NCBI GenBank assembly: GCA_002269645.1
Contig: NIVC01001141.1
Span: 127,711 to 191,710, forward strand
Source of the DNA: Macrostomum lignano
Lineage: Eukaryota
Length of the DNA stretch: 64,000 nucleotides
Direction: 5' to 3'
The stretch's first letter is position 1. Each line of letters opens with the position of its first letter. Shown piece by piece: positions 1 through 11,600 of this stretch. The translations under genes were made by a program, and so were the position numbers. Under the pieces are notes generated by a model. That model searched no databases, was not told where the DNA came from, and was given only the letters and a program-made list of their open reading frames with translations.

Positions 1-290
1 GGTCACTCCCCCACACTTATGCGTGCCCTGGTCACTCCCCCACACTTATGCGTGCCCTGGTCACTCCCGCACACTTATGCGTGCCCTGGTCACTCCCGCA
101 CACCTATGCGTGCCCTGGTCACTCCCGCACACTTATGCGTGCCCTGGTCACTCCCCCACACTTATATGCGCGCCCTGGTCACTCCCGCACACTTATGCGT
201 GCCCTGGTCACTCCCCCACACTTATATGCGCGCCCTGGTCACTCCCGCACACTTATGCGTGCCCTGGTCACTCCCGCACACTTATCCGTA
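1..290. repeat. Minisatellite, 29/31-bp unit (GTGCCCTGGTCACTCCCGCACACTTATGC), running off the window start
   Basis: About 10 near-identical units visible directly; the overlapping ORFs are periodic artefacts. Confidence 0.95.
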
Positions 291-449
291 CATCAGTCGG
301 TTGAGTCAGTGGTCAGTTTGGCCCATTCACCTTCACCACTAGAGCTACAGAGCTAACAAGACATTTTGTGCAGCTTTGCTTGATTGGCGCAAGAGTCTGC
401 GCGCAGTGGCAGTTTATTTCAGACTGTCGCGGACTAATTACCAGGATCC

Positions 450-887
450 TGGTGTCCATTTTCCCAGTAGACTTGTTCTCCCAGTGCACGGTGACCTTGC
501 AGTACTCCTTCTTGTCCATCGCTCAGCGTTGCAGCTCTGCCGAGTTGTCTCTGCTGGCTTCGGGCAGCCGTGTGCCGAGGGCTGCGCAGTGATATCTGAA
601 AAATGCAGAGTGCGCACGGGCTTAGCAAGCAGAACTGCGTCCTGGTTGAAGTAAGAAGGGCGACTTGAATTGCGCGGGCCGGGGTGGAGGGCACGAGGTC
701 GCAGGGCTGCACGCCACCCCCTCCCGGGGCAGAAGGTGCTGCAGAGCGAGCCGTACGGGCGGGGTGAAGCTGCGCAATAAGCCTGGAAAGCCGGGCCAGC
801 CCGAGCAGCGAGCAGGTATGGGGCGGTGCTCTGCCTCTCAATTTCGTGCAATTCGGAGCAGCTCGCAGTGCGATTTGCGTAGCGCAA
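450..887 (-). other. Possible coding exon(s) of an unidentified gene
   Basis: A GC3-rich stretch reads MDKKEYCKVTVHWENKSTGKMDTRIL and ends at a GTAATT donor near 450. No family recognised, and the upstream frame is ambiguous. Confidence 0.25.
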
Positions 888-1661
888 AATTCCATTTTTG
901 CGTGTTGTGACAGAGTTTTATTATTGTGACAAGCCCAAGGTGCGCTGGCGCGAGCTGCATTCACAGAACAATGGGCTGCTCTGAGAGAGCGAGTGCGGGA
1001 CAGAAGGGAGCCCCCGGCGGTCTGTGAGCATTCGGCTCAGCCTTCCGGATAGAGAAGCGGCTGCGAAGCAATCCCGGCATCCGCAAGTCATGACTGCAGC
1101 TGTGCCATATTCAAATGCAATCATTTCTTAATGCAGCAGCTGCACTGCGAGCCCAGCTAGCTTGGATTTATCTGCCAATCTCTGCATGCAGACTTCAGCC
1201 ACCCAGTCAACTGCAGACTGCGCCCTCAGTGCTGCCATGCTGGCAGGGCATCGGAAAAGATGAGGCAGCCGGCATCCTCCCTCCGCTAGCTGGGGTGCAG
1301 CCTGGCGAGGTTCTAAAGGTCTGGAGCTTTGCAGGTGCAACAGGCGCCAGTGGGAGTGAATCTGAACACTGCTAACACTGTACCAAAGGCTGCCCTATTT
1401 GACCGGGCAAATCTGATACAGTCACTACAGGCTAGGGCTGCCCACAGTAATTCAGCGGATTTTTAAAAAGAATAAGCATTTTCCGACAGCATTGTGCTAG
1501 CCAGACTACTTAAAGCGATAGATAACGAATGTGTCAGCAAAAAGCAGTGAAAATATATACTGTGTAAATAATAATACGAATATTTGCATATACATTAATA
1601 ACTTTTATATATCGTACATAAAAACAAATATACTAATGAAATAAATAAAAAATGAAATCAG

Positions 1662-2757
1662 AGACAGAGAGATATAATGAGAGATGGAGACAAGGACTAC
1701 TTAAGTTACTTTAGTCGTCCTTGGATGGAGAGAGATATGATGAGAGCTGGAGATCGAGAGATATAATGAGAGATAGAGATAGAGAGATATAATGAGAGAT
1801 GGAGATCGAGAGATATAATGAGAGATAGAGATAGAGAGATATAATGAGAGATGGAGATGAAGAGATATAATGAGAGATGGAGGTGGAGAGATATAATGAG
1901 AGATGGAGATGGAGAGATATAATGAGAGATGGAGATCGGGAGATACAATGAGAGATAGAGATGGAGAGATATAATGAGAGATGGAGATGGAGAGATATAA
2001 TGAGAGATGGAGATCGAGAGATATAATGAGAGATGGAGATGGAGAGATATAATGAGAGATGGAGATCGAGAGATATAATGAGAGATGGAGATTGAGAGAT
2101 ACAATGAGAGATAGAGATGGAGAGATATAATGAGAGATGGAGATCGAGAGATACAACTAGAGATGGAGATCGAGAGATATAATGAGAGATGGAGATGGAG
2201 AGATATAATGAGAGATGGAGATGAAGAGATATAATGAGAGATGGAGATGGAGAGATACAACTAGAGATGGAGATCGAGAGATACAATGAGAGATGGAGAT
2301 CGAGAGATATAATGAGAGATGGAGATGAAGAGATATAATGAGAGATGGAGATGAAGAGATATAATGAGAGATGGAGATTGAGAGATACAATGAGAGATAG
2401 AGATGGAGAGATATAATGAGAGATTGAGATCGAGAGATACAACTAGAGATGGAGATCGAGAGATATAATGAGAGATGGAGATGAAGAGATATAATGAGAG
2501 ATGGAGATGGAGAGATATAATGAGAGATGGAGATCGAGAGATATAATGAGAGATGGAGATCGAGAGATATAATGAGAGTTGGAGATCGAGAGATATAATG
2601 AGAGATGGAGATGGAGAGATATAATGAGAGATGGAGATCGAGAGATATAATGAGGGTTGGAGATCGAGAGATATAATGAGAGTTGGAGATCGAGAGATAT
2701 AATGAGAGTTGGAGATCGAGAGATATAATGAGAGATGGAGAGAGAGAGAGAGAGAGA
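1662..2757. repeat. Purine-rich minisatellite, about 26-bp unit (GAGAGATATAATGAGAGATGGAGATC), ending in (GA)n
   Basis: Direct periodicity with 6-bp sub-unit variation. Confidence 0.95.
1691..1723. mobile_element. 33-bp hAT-like mini element
   Basis: Termini CAAGGACTACT...AGTCGTCCTTG are inverted (10/11 match), flanked by the 8-bp direct repeat GATGGAGA. A sister copy lies at 13618-13662. Confidence 0.7.
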
Positions 2758-3120
2758 AGGATGGTCAGTTATGAATAGTCAGGTGGTCAGAGTGTTAACC
2801 CGGAACCCCTTAAAAGCAGAAAAATCCGCATCCATCCGCATTGGCAATGCCGCTCGAGCCAGTTTGAATGAGAGCTGAGAAGCAATAACAGTCTCAGATT
2901 CCGTTCACGCGAGTCTCGCAGGAGCAGCAAAATGCGCGCGACGGCAAGTTTTCCAGCGTCCTGGGGGCCATAAATTAGGGCGGCATCATAAAAGCTGAGA
3001 AGGCATTTCGGACCGCACCCCGGACTGAGAACAATAGTCACCTGTAAGGCATGTTCCTGCTTTGTCCTGTCTCGCGTTGTTAAACCAGACTTGCTTTTTT
3101 GAGCTGCATAATTCTGAAGT

Positions 3121-3385
3121 AGTAAGGCAGTAAGTAAGACAGTTAGTAAGGCAGTAAGTAAGACAGTTAGTAAGGCAGTAAGTAAGACAGTTAGTAAGGC
3201 AGTAAGTAAGACAGTAAGTAAGGCAGTAAGTAAGACAGTTAGTAAGGCAGTAAGTAAGACAGTTAGTAAGACAGTTAGTAAGGCAGTAAGTAAGGCAGTA
3301 AGTAAGACAGTTAGTAAGGCAGTAAGTAAGACAGTTAGTAAGGCAGTAAGTAAGACAGTTAGTAAGGCAGTTAGTACATGTAAGG
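3121..3385. repeat. Minisatellite, 24-bp unit built of 12-bp halves (AGTAAGGCAGTAAGTAAGACAGTT)
   Basis: Direct periodicity. Confidence 0.95.
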
Positions 3386-4256
3386 CAGTAAGTAGTAAGA
3401 GGGGTGACCCTGTCTCGATCCAGGACATTCAGTTTTCCATGAGTTCGCTTAAACAGGCCAACGTAAATGGCTATCTCCATATCTCTCAATGACTTAAAAA
3501 ACTTTACACACTTAAGTATTTAGACTTGATTCAGCTGTCAAGTGGGAATTAAAGAATGGATTAAAGTGGCCTCCTGAATTCATTGAAACACGTGTAGAAG
3601 CAGCCAACTTCTTCCTTGGACCATCTTTTTAAGCTAACTCGGGAAAAACTGAATGCGGATCGGTCCAGTGACCTCCAGGTACAGAGGACTCCTGAAGTGA
3701 GGCGCCTGGCACCCGGCTGAGGCATCTTGGCTAATCCAGGGGATTTCAAGTCAAGCAAAGAACCAGCTTGACTGATTTTCAGATGCAGTCTGAGAGATTT
3801 CGGATCTGCCTTTGCGCCCTGAAATGATTCACTGTGGCAGTTTTCTCATTAAGTGCAGCGCACAATGAGTCACAGTGAGTCGGGCCGTGGGAAGGCGGGC
3901 TGCCACTTGGGCTGAGATATTTTACGTCTGCAAGTGTTGCTGCAGTAAAAAGAGAATACTGTGGGGCGGTTTGACAATGGCCTGAGCATGCCTGCCTGGC
4001 TATTGTGAGCACTTGCCAAGGAAGCTTCGAATGCTAAAAATGGAAGCCAGGAATAAAAAGTTTCTAAAATAAGCCCAAGCATCCTGCAGCTGCGGCAACC
4101 AATGCCTCTACTCGCTGCGAGCCCGCGTGGAGGAAGGCTCGAGGAGCCCCCGGGGTCCCCCTCCTCCCGCCCCGAGACTACATAAGGCGAGACCGCAGGC
4201 CCTGAACCCCACTCAGCCAAATTTTGCCTTGGAACAGCTGTTTTTCACCAGCAGCA

Positions 4257-4748
4257 ATGCGCCCAGAAACTAGCAGCAAGCCCAGCCTGGCAGCAGCGGC
4301 TCTCCTGCTCTGCCTGTGGCTGATGCAGCCTCAGGGCCAGGCCCTGCAGCCGACCAACCTGCTGCGACTGGTGACTGACCGCTGCGGCTCCGGCTTCGCG
4401 GCCAACCTGACCCGGAATGACACTTTCCTAGTCTTCCTGCCCGAGGGAATGCAAAGGCTGACGCCGGAGAGCGAGGTCCGCAGATGCAGCGTCGACACCT
4501 CCGGGCCTTGCCGGATGGAGACTTGCAGACACTACTGGAACCACCTGCCGGAGCAGGGCCTTGCCCACTCGGAGTCCAAGTGCATCAGCCCGAGTCCAAC
4601 CGGCTCAATGGAGCTCGAGCACAACTACGCCTGTGGGAACCTTACCGTCAGGCAGACGGCCACGGAGGTCCTGGGCAGCTGCCAGGGCGTTGCCATCGTG
4701 CGCAGCTTCTCCAAAGACGTGCGCAGCTGCCGGGTGATGAGACTGTGA
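4257..4748 (+). CDS. Putative secreted cysteine-rich protein, 163 aa, family not recognised
   Basis: Hydrophobic signal-like N-terminus (LAAAALLLCLWLM), 8 Cys in the mature part, N-glycosylation sequons (NLT, NDT), GC3-rich codons, and an acceptor-like TTTTTCACCAG just upstream of the ATG. Confidence 0.7.
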   Translation: MRPETSSKPSLAAAALLLCLWLMQPQGQALQPTNLLRLVTDRCGSGFAANLTRNDTFLVFLPEGMQRLTPESEVRRCSVDTSGPCRMETCRHYWNHLPEQGLAHSESKCISPSPTGSMELEHNYACGNLTVRQTATEVLGSCQGVAIVRSFSKDVRSCRVMRL

Positions 4749-5651
4749 CGCCTGCTGACCTGGTCCGATCGTGCGGTTTAACATTTCTAGAATGTACTTT
4801 TTACCCCACTATTATTACTGTCTTCATATTTTCTGCTCGCATTACATCGCTAGAAAGTTCAGCCACCCCACAATAGTCATATCAGTGCTCATTACATTTT
4901 TTAGTTAAATTCATGAAGCTGGTACAGTATAAAATATAACCCAGTTGTAGTATGATTCTAATGGAATATTGAATTGACTGATGGCTTTTATTTCTCGAGT
5001 TTTCATTGCTTTATAGACAGACAAAAATCACGAGGTTACGTCAAACGGATTTTCACAGCACTATTAGCGCATGCAGTTAAACAATATTTTGCTCTGTAAC
5101 GATAAACATTGGGCGGCGGGCAGGTAGAGGTCAAATGTGGATAGTTGGCAGTCATTTCGGAAGCTGGGGGGGATAACAGCTGAGTCTTCTCATAAATATA
5201 TTAAAATGCTTAGTTTACTAATCAACTGAAAGTAGCTTACTCGCATATTCGAGAGTGGCCCAATTTGTTTAAGTTTGCTGGTCCCCATATAGTGGACATA
5301 CTCTATACGTCCCCATGCAAACGGGGCTGATTAGTGCTGGCGTGAGAAGTGCAGCAGCGTCCTACACCTGAGCAGTCCCCGCTCAAGCAATGGCCAAAAA
5401 GTTAAATGAAATACAAACAGAAAACAATTGGAAAATCTTTTAGTCTGTCTAGAGAGTCTAATTATATAAGGATTAAAATTGGAACATTATCATTAATTTA
5501 CCGCATAGTAAAACAAATCAAAACAGTATTGAAAAGTTAATCAGACAGCAGGAGGCTGCAGAAGAAGCAAACATCTCAACTTGAATCATCGGGGCGGCAT
5601 CAGCGGGCACGGAGCTTGCGGGGGCCGCAGCAGCGTGCAGCCAGGGCCCGG

Positions 5652-8600
5652 CTAGGACTTCTTGAACCGCTTCAACTGGCGATTCGGCTTCAGCTGCGGG
5701 TCGATGACGGGCTTGGCGGGCAGCACGGCCGGGGCGGCGGACGGCACGTCATCGTCTGGGAGGCAGCGAGCTGGGGAGTCCCCAGAAACCCTGACTGCAC
5801 TGCGCCGGGTGGCCGTGAGCATTCGGCGGACCTGCTTGCCGCAGGTCATCTGCCACTCCTGCTCCACCCTGCTCTTGTCCAGGTTGCGGAACATCTTGCG
5901 AATCTCCTGCAGGTTGGCGCCCTCGGAAGGCGGTGGCCCAGCACGAAGATGGTGAGGTTGTTGCGCGGCTCGAAGACGCGGCCGTAGCCGTCCTGCACCG
6001 TGAAGCCGCCATTGTCAAGCGCAAACTTGTCAATGAGGTGCTTAGAGAGGCTGAGGCGCTCCCAGCTGGGGGCATCGTCCCACCTGGGGAAGGTGACGAA
6101 GAACCAGCAGTTCTCATCGCCAGTGTCCAGATAGTCCAAAATCCTTGAGGCCACCCGGTCCATCATGGCCTCGATGAAGGGTGGGTTCACATGCCAGCCG
6201 CCGTGGCACTTGGAGAAGTCCACCTTGAAGAAGCTGCCCATGCTGCCGAACTCCTCGTCAGTGTCGATGAAGAGGCTGCAGAAGCGAGAGTCCGCCTTGT
6301 CGATCATCTTGGAGTTCAGAGGAGACGCGAAGCCCTCGTACCGAACTCCCATGAGGTCATGCAGTGCATTGTGCACCGTGATGGGGTCGCCCCACTGCAG
6401 ACTGCCGGTGCCCAGCGCCTCGTACCTGATCAGCATCCTGGTGGCTGGCAGCAGTCCGAAGTTGCGCACCAGGAACTTCACCCGCCAGCAGTGCTTGGAC
6501 TTGAAGTCGCCCAGTGTCACGTGAGCTGCATCTTCGCTGTCCTCAATCAGCTCTATGCGGAGGTCGCTTGTGTCTTCGTCCCTGCCATCGTCCTTCAGGA
6601 ACTTGCGCAGTCGCTGCTCCAACTGACCAAAGATGGTCCTGGCGTTCTCCCTGTCCGAGCTGAACTTCTTCTCCACGCACTCGTCGATCAGCTTCTGGTT
6701 CACCGAGTCCTCCTCGCTCAGGCTTTGCGGAAACAGCGGGTAGCGCGAGTCCATGCTGCCATCGTAGTCCAGCTGGAAGGACAGCAGCCAGCGGTCCAGC
6801 ATGTTCTGCGCCTCCGAAAGGTTCTTATCCGCTGTGTGGTACATCCTGCCGTCTCCCTTCAGGAAGACGTCCACCAAGGAGCGGGCGAAGCGCCACTGCC
6901 GCAGCTCCGTCAGGTGCTTCTCTGTGGGCTCGGACTCATCAAGCAGTGGGGAATGCCTTCTTTTGAGTCTGTTCCGGAGATCCGCGGTGTTGCCCGTCTC
7001 ATGGCCGTCGGTCTTGGCAGCTCTGTGCCGGCTGGGCTTGAGGATTACACGGAGCTGCTTGCTGCAGGTCATCCGCCACTCCTCCTCCACCATGTGCCGG
7101 TTGAGGTTGCGGAACATCTTGCGAATCTCCTTTAGGTTGGCATCATCGGGCAGGCGGTTCCCCATCACGAAGATGGTGAGGTTGTTGCGGGGCACGAAGA
7201 TGCGGCCGTAGCAGTCCTGCACCGTGAAGCCGCCGTCGTCCAGCTCGATCTGGTCGATGCGGCGCTTGGAATCACTGAGACGCACCCAGCCGGGGGTGTC
7301 ATCCCACCTGGCGGATGTTTAGGCGATGGGAAAAAATACAATTTAGAGGTGTAAGAAAAAAAAGTTTCTGACGTAGATAAGAAATCCCCTTAGTGAGTTA
7401 GAAGCAATCAAATCCGATTTGACCATCGAATTCCTATCTAAATAAAATTCATTCGGCCGCAAGAAGGCTTCGACTTGGAGAAAAACTGAAGCAGACCAGC
7501 ACATTCCTCTACTAAAAGTAGCGAGGATCGGGTATAGACAGAATTTTGGCATGCTTTGAAATCTGCCATGAATGTTAACTAAGCAAAGGTCGCCACCTCA
7601 GAGATTTCTGAGCTAGAAGCGCACTTGCTTAGCTGTACTGTGTGGACAGGTCGCTCAAACTACGAGTACAGGTGTAAAACGAGTAAATTGGTAATTCCTA
7701 GTGCAATGCAGAGACAGCAATTTTTATTCCAGTATCTGAGATACACTGGTAATTTAACTGCATCAGTTTCACAGAGTCACTCCACTTCTAGCTCGTAAAT
7801 ACCCTCAGAATTTGCGCTTAATGTTGTGGAAGGAGAGCTCCCTTCAGGCCAAGAGACATCCCAACAATAGTGTCCCAGTTGTGGCTCTCAAATCCTGGGA
7901 TTATTGGGCGGCAGATCGTCCCGAATTAAGTGCTCAAATCCCAGGAGCAATAGCTGGGAAACGATCCCGAACAGAGTGCTTGAATCCCTGGATCAGTTGC
8001 TGGTGAGGATCCCAAAAAGGCTCAAATACCGGGATCAGTGGCTGGTAAGGATCCCAATTCCAAAATAGGCTTAAATACCGGGATCAGTGGCTGGTAAGGA
8101 TCCCAAATAGGCTTAAATACCAGGATCAGAGGCTGGTAAGGATCCCAAATAGGCTTAAACACCGGGATCAGTGGCTGGTGAGGATCCCAAATAGGCTCAA
8201 ATACCGGGATCAGTGGCTGGTAAAGATCCCAAATAGGCTCAAATACCGGGATCAGTGGCTGGTAAAGATCCCAAATAGGCTCAAATACCGGGATCAGTGG
8301 CTGGTGAGGATCCCAAATAGGCTCAAATACCGGGATCAGTGGCTGGTAAAGATCCCAAATAGGCTCAAATACCGGGATCAGTGGCTGGTAAAGATCCCAA
8401 ATAGGCTCAAATACCGGGATCAGTGGCTGGTAAGGATCCCAAATAGGCTTAAATACCGGGATCAGTGGCTGGTAAGGATCCCAAATAGGCTTAAATACCG
8501 GGATCAGTGGCTGGTAAGGATCCCAAATAGGCTTAAATACCGGGATCAGTGGCTGGTAAAGATCCCAAATAGGCTCAAATACCGGGATCAGTGGCTGGTA

Positions 8601-11600
8601 AGGATCCCAAATAGGCTTAAATACCGGGATCAGTGGCTGGTAAGGATCCCAAATAGGCTCAAATACCGGGATCAGTGGCTGGTGAGGATCCCAAATAGGC
8701 TCCAATACCGGGATCAGTGGCTGGGAGAGGATCCCAAATAGAGTGCTCAAATACCGGGATCAGTGGCTGGTGCGGATCCCAAATAGGCTCAAATACCGGG
8801 ATCGGTGGCTGATGAGGATTCTGAGTTGATCCGGGACTGCTAAGTATGATTAAAAAGGTTGCTGGTGGAACAAAACGCTGAGCGCTCTCAACAGTCGAAC
8901 CTGGGGAAGGTGACGAAGAACCAGCAGTTCTCATCGCCAGTGTCCAGGTAGTTCAGCACCTTGGTGGCCACCCGGTCCATGAGCTCCTCGATGAAGGGCG
9001 GGTTGACCGTCCATCCACCGTGGCACTTGGAGAAGTCCACCTTGAAGAAGCTGCCCATGCTGCCGAACTCCTCGTCAGTGTCGATGAAGAGGCTGCAGAA
9101 GCGAGAGTCCGCCTTGTCGATCATCTTGGAGTTCAGAGGAGACGCGAAGCCCTCGTACCGAACTCCCATGAGGTCATGCAGTGCATTGTGCACCGTGATG
9201 GGGTCGCCCCACTGCAGACTGCCGGTGCCCAGCGCCTCGTACCTGATCAGCATCCTGGTGGCTGGCAGCAGTCCGAAGTTGCGCACCAGGAACTTCACCC
9301 GCCAGCAGTGCTTGGACTTGAAGTCGCCCAGTGTCACGTGAGCTGCATCTTCGCTGTCCTCAATCAGCTCTATGCGGAGGTCGCTTGTGTCTTCGTCCCT
9401 GCCATCGTCCTTCAGGAACTTGCGCAGTCGCTGCTCCAACTGACCAAAGATGGTCCTGGCGTTCTCCCTGTCCGAGCTGAACTTCTTCTCCACGCACTCG
9501 TCGATCAGCTTCTGGTTCACCGAGTCCTCCTCGCTCAGGCTTTGCGGAAACAGCGGGTAGCGCGAGTCCATGCTGCCATCGTAGTCCAGCTGGAAGGACA
9601 GCAGCCAGCGGTCCAGCATGTTCTGCGCCTCCGAAAGGTTCTTATCCGCTGTGTGGTACATCCTGCCGTCTCCCTTCAGGAAGACGTCCACCAAGGAGCG
9701 GGCGAAGCGCCACTGCCGCAGCTCCGTCAGGTGCTTCTCTGTGGGCTCGGACTCATCAAGCAGTGGGGAATGCCTTCTTTTGAGTCTGTTCCGGAGATCC
9801 GCGGTGTTGCCCGTCTCATGGCCGTCGGTCTTGGCAGCTCTGTGCCGGCTGGGCTTGAGGATTACACGGAGCTGCTTGCTGCAGGTCATCCGCCACTCCT
9901 CCTCCACCATGTGCCGGTTGAGGTTGCGGAACATCTTGCGAATCTCCTTTAGGTTGGCATCATCGGGCAGGCGGTTCCCCATCACGAAGATGGTGAGGTT
10001 GTTGCGGGGCACGAAGATGCGGCCGTAGCAGTCCTGCACCGTGAAGCCGCCGTCGTCCAGCTCGATCTGGTCGATGCGGCGCTTGGAATCACTGAGACGC
10101 ACCCAGCCGGGGGTGTCATCCCACCTGGCGGATGTTTAGGCGATGGGAAAAAATACAATTTAGAGGTGTAAGAAAAAAAAGTTTCTGACGTAGATAAGAA
10201 ATCCCCTTAGTGAGTTAGAAGCAATCAAATCCGATTTGATCATCGAATTCCTATCTAAATAAAATTCATTCGGCCGCAAGAAGGCTTCGACTTGGAGAAA
10301 AACTGAAGCAGACCAGCACATTCCTCTACTAAAAGTAGCGAGGATCGGGTATAGACAGAATTTTGGCATGCTTTGAAATCTGCCATGAATGTTAACTAAG
10401 CAAAGGTCGCCACCTCAGAGATTTCTGAGCTAGAAGCGCACTTGCTTAGCTGTACTGTGTGGACAGGTCGCTCAAACTACGAGTACAGGTGTAAAACGAG
10501 TAAATTGGTAATTCCTAGTGCAATGCAGAGACAGCAATTTTTATTCCAGTATCTGAGATACACTGGTAATTTAACTGCATCAGTTTCACAGAGTCACTCC
10601 ACTTCTAGCTCGTAAATACCCTCAGAATTTGCGCTTAATGTTGTGGAAGGAGAGCTCCCTTCAGGCCAAGAGACATCCCAACAATAGTGTCCCAGTTGTG
10701 GCTCTCAAATCCTGGGATTATTGGGCGGCAGATCGTCCCGAATTAAGTGCTCAAATCCCAGGAGCAATAGCTGGGAAACGATCCCGAACAGAGTGCTTGA
10801 ATCCCTGGATCAGTTGCTGGTGAGGATCCCAAAAAGGCTCAAATACCGGGATCAGTGGCTGGTAAGGATCCCAATTCCAAAATAGGCTTAAATACCGGGA
10901 TCAGTGGCTGGTAAGGATCCCAAATAGGCTTAAATACCAGGATCAGAGGCTGGTAAGGATCCCAAACATACATGCGCAACAGTCGGCCGAGTCGGCCGAT
11001 CCGGCCGACTGATTTGGCAGCCAACCAAGGAAGTCGCAAAAAATGCCCACCCAAAAAATACCCACGCAGTAGTACTAAGTAGCTGACGAGGCATTTTTGC
11101 CTGATAAGACAGTCATAGTTACTCCCGCCGTTTACCCAAAGTTGCGTTAATTTTGCTTTAGGGTTTTTTTACATGTAAGTCGCATTTTTGGCCAAAAACT
11201 ACGTCGCATTTTTGTTAAAACTAAGTCGCACGGCCGACCGAATTTTGGACGTTGCGCATGTATGATCCCAAATAGGCTTAAACACCGGGATCAGTGGCTG
11301 GTGAGGATCCCAAATAGGCTCAAATACCGGGATCAGTGGCTGGTGAGGATCCCAAATAGGCTCAAATACCGGGATCAGTGGCTGGTAAAGATCCCAAATA
11401 GGCTCAAATACCGGGATCAGTGGCTGGTGAGGATCCCAAATAGGCTCAAATACCGGGATCAGTGGCTGGTAAGGATCCCAAATAGGCTCAAATACCGGGA
11501 TCAGTGGCTGGTAAAGATCCCAAATAGGCTCAAATACCGGGATCAGTGGCTGGTAAGGATCCCAAATAGGCTTAAATACCGGGATCAGTGGCTGGTAAGG

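Noticed and set aside
515-530. In-frame TGA just before MDKKEY as a possible selenocysteine
   Set aside because: No recognisable selenoprotein context or SECIS; a UTR or an indel error explains it equally well.
2790-4220. Possible minus-strand exons between the repeats
   Set aside because: Some splice-like signals, but I could not build a consistent frame or recognise a domain.
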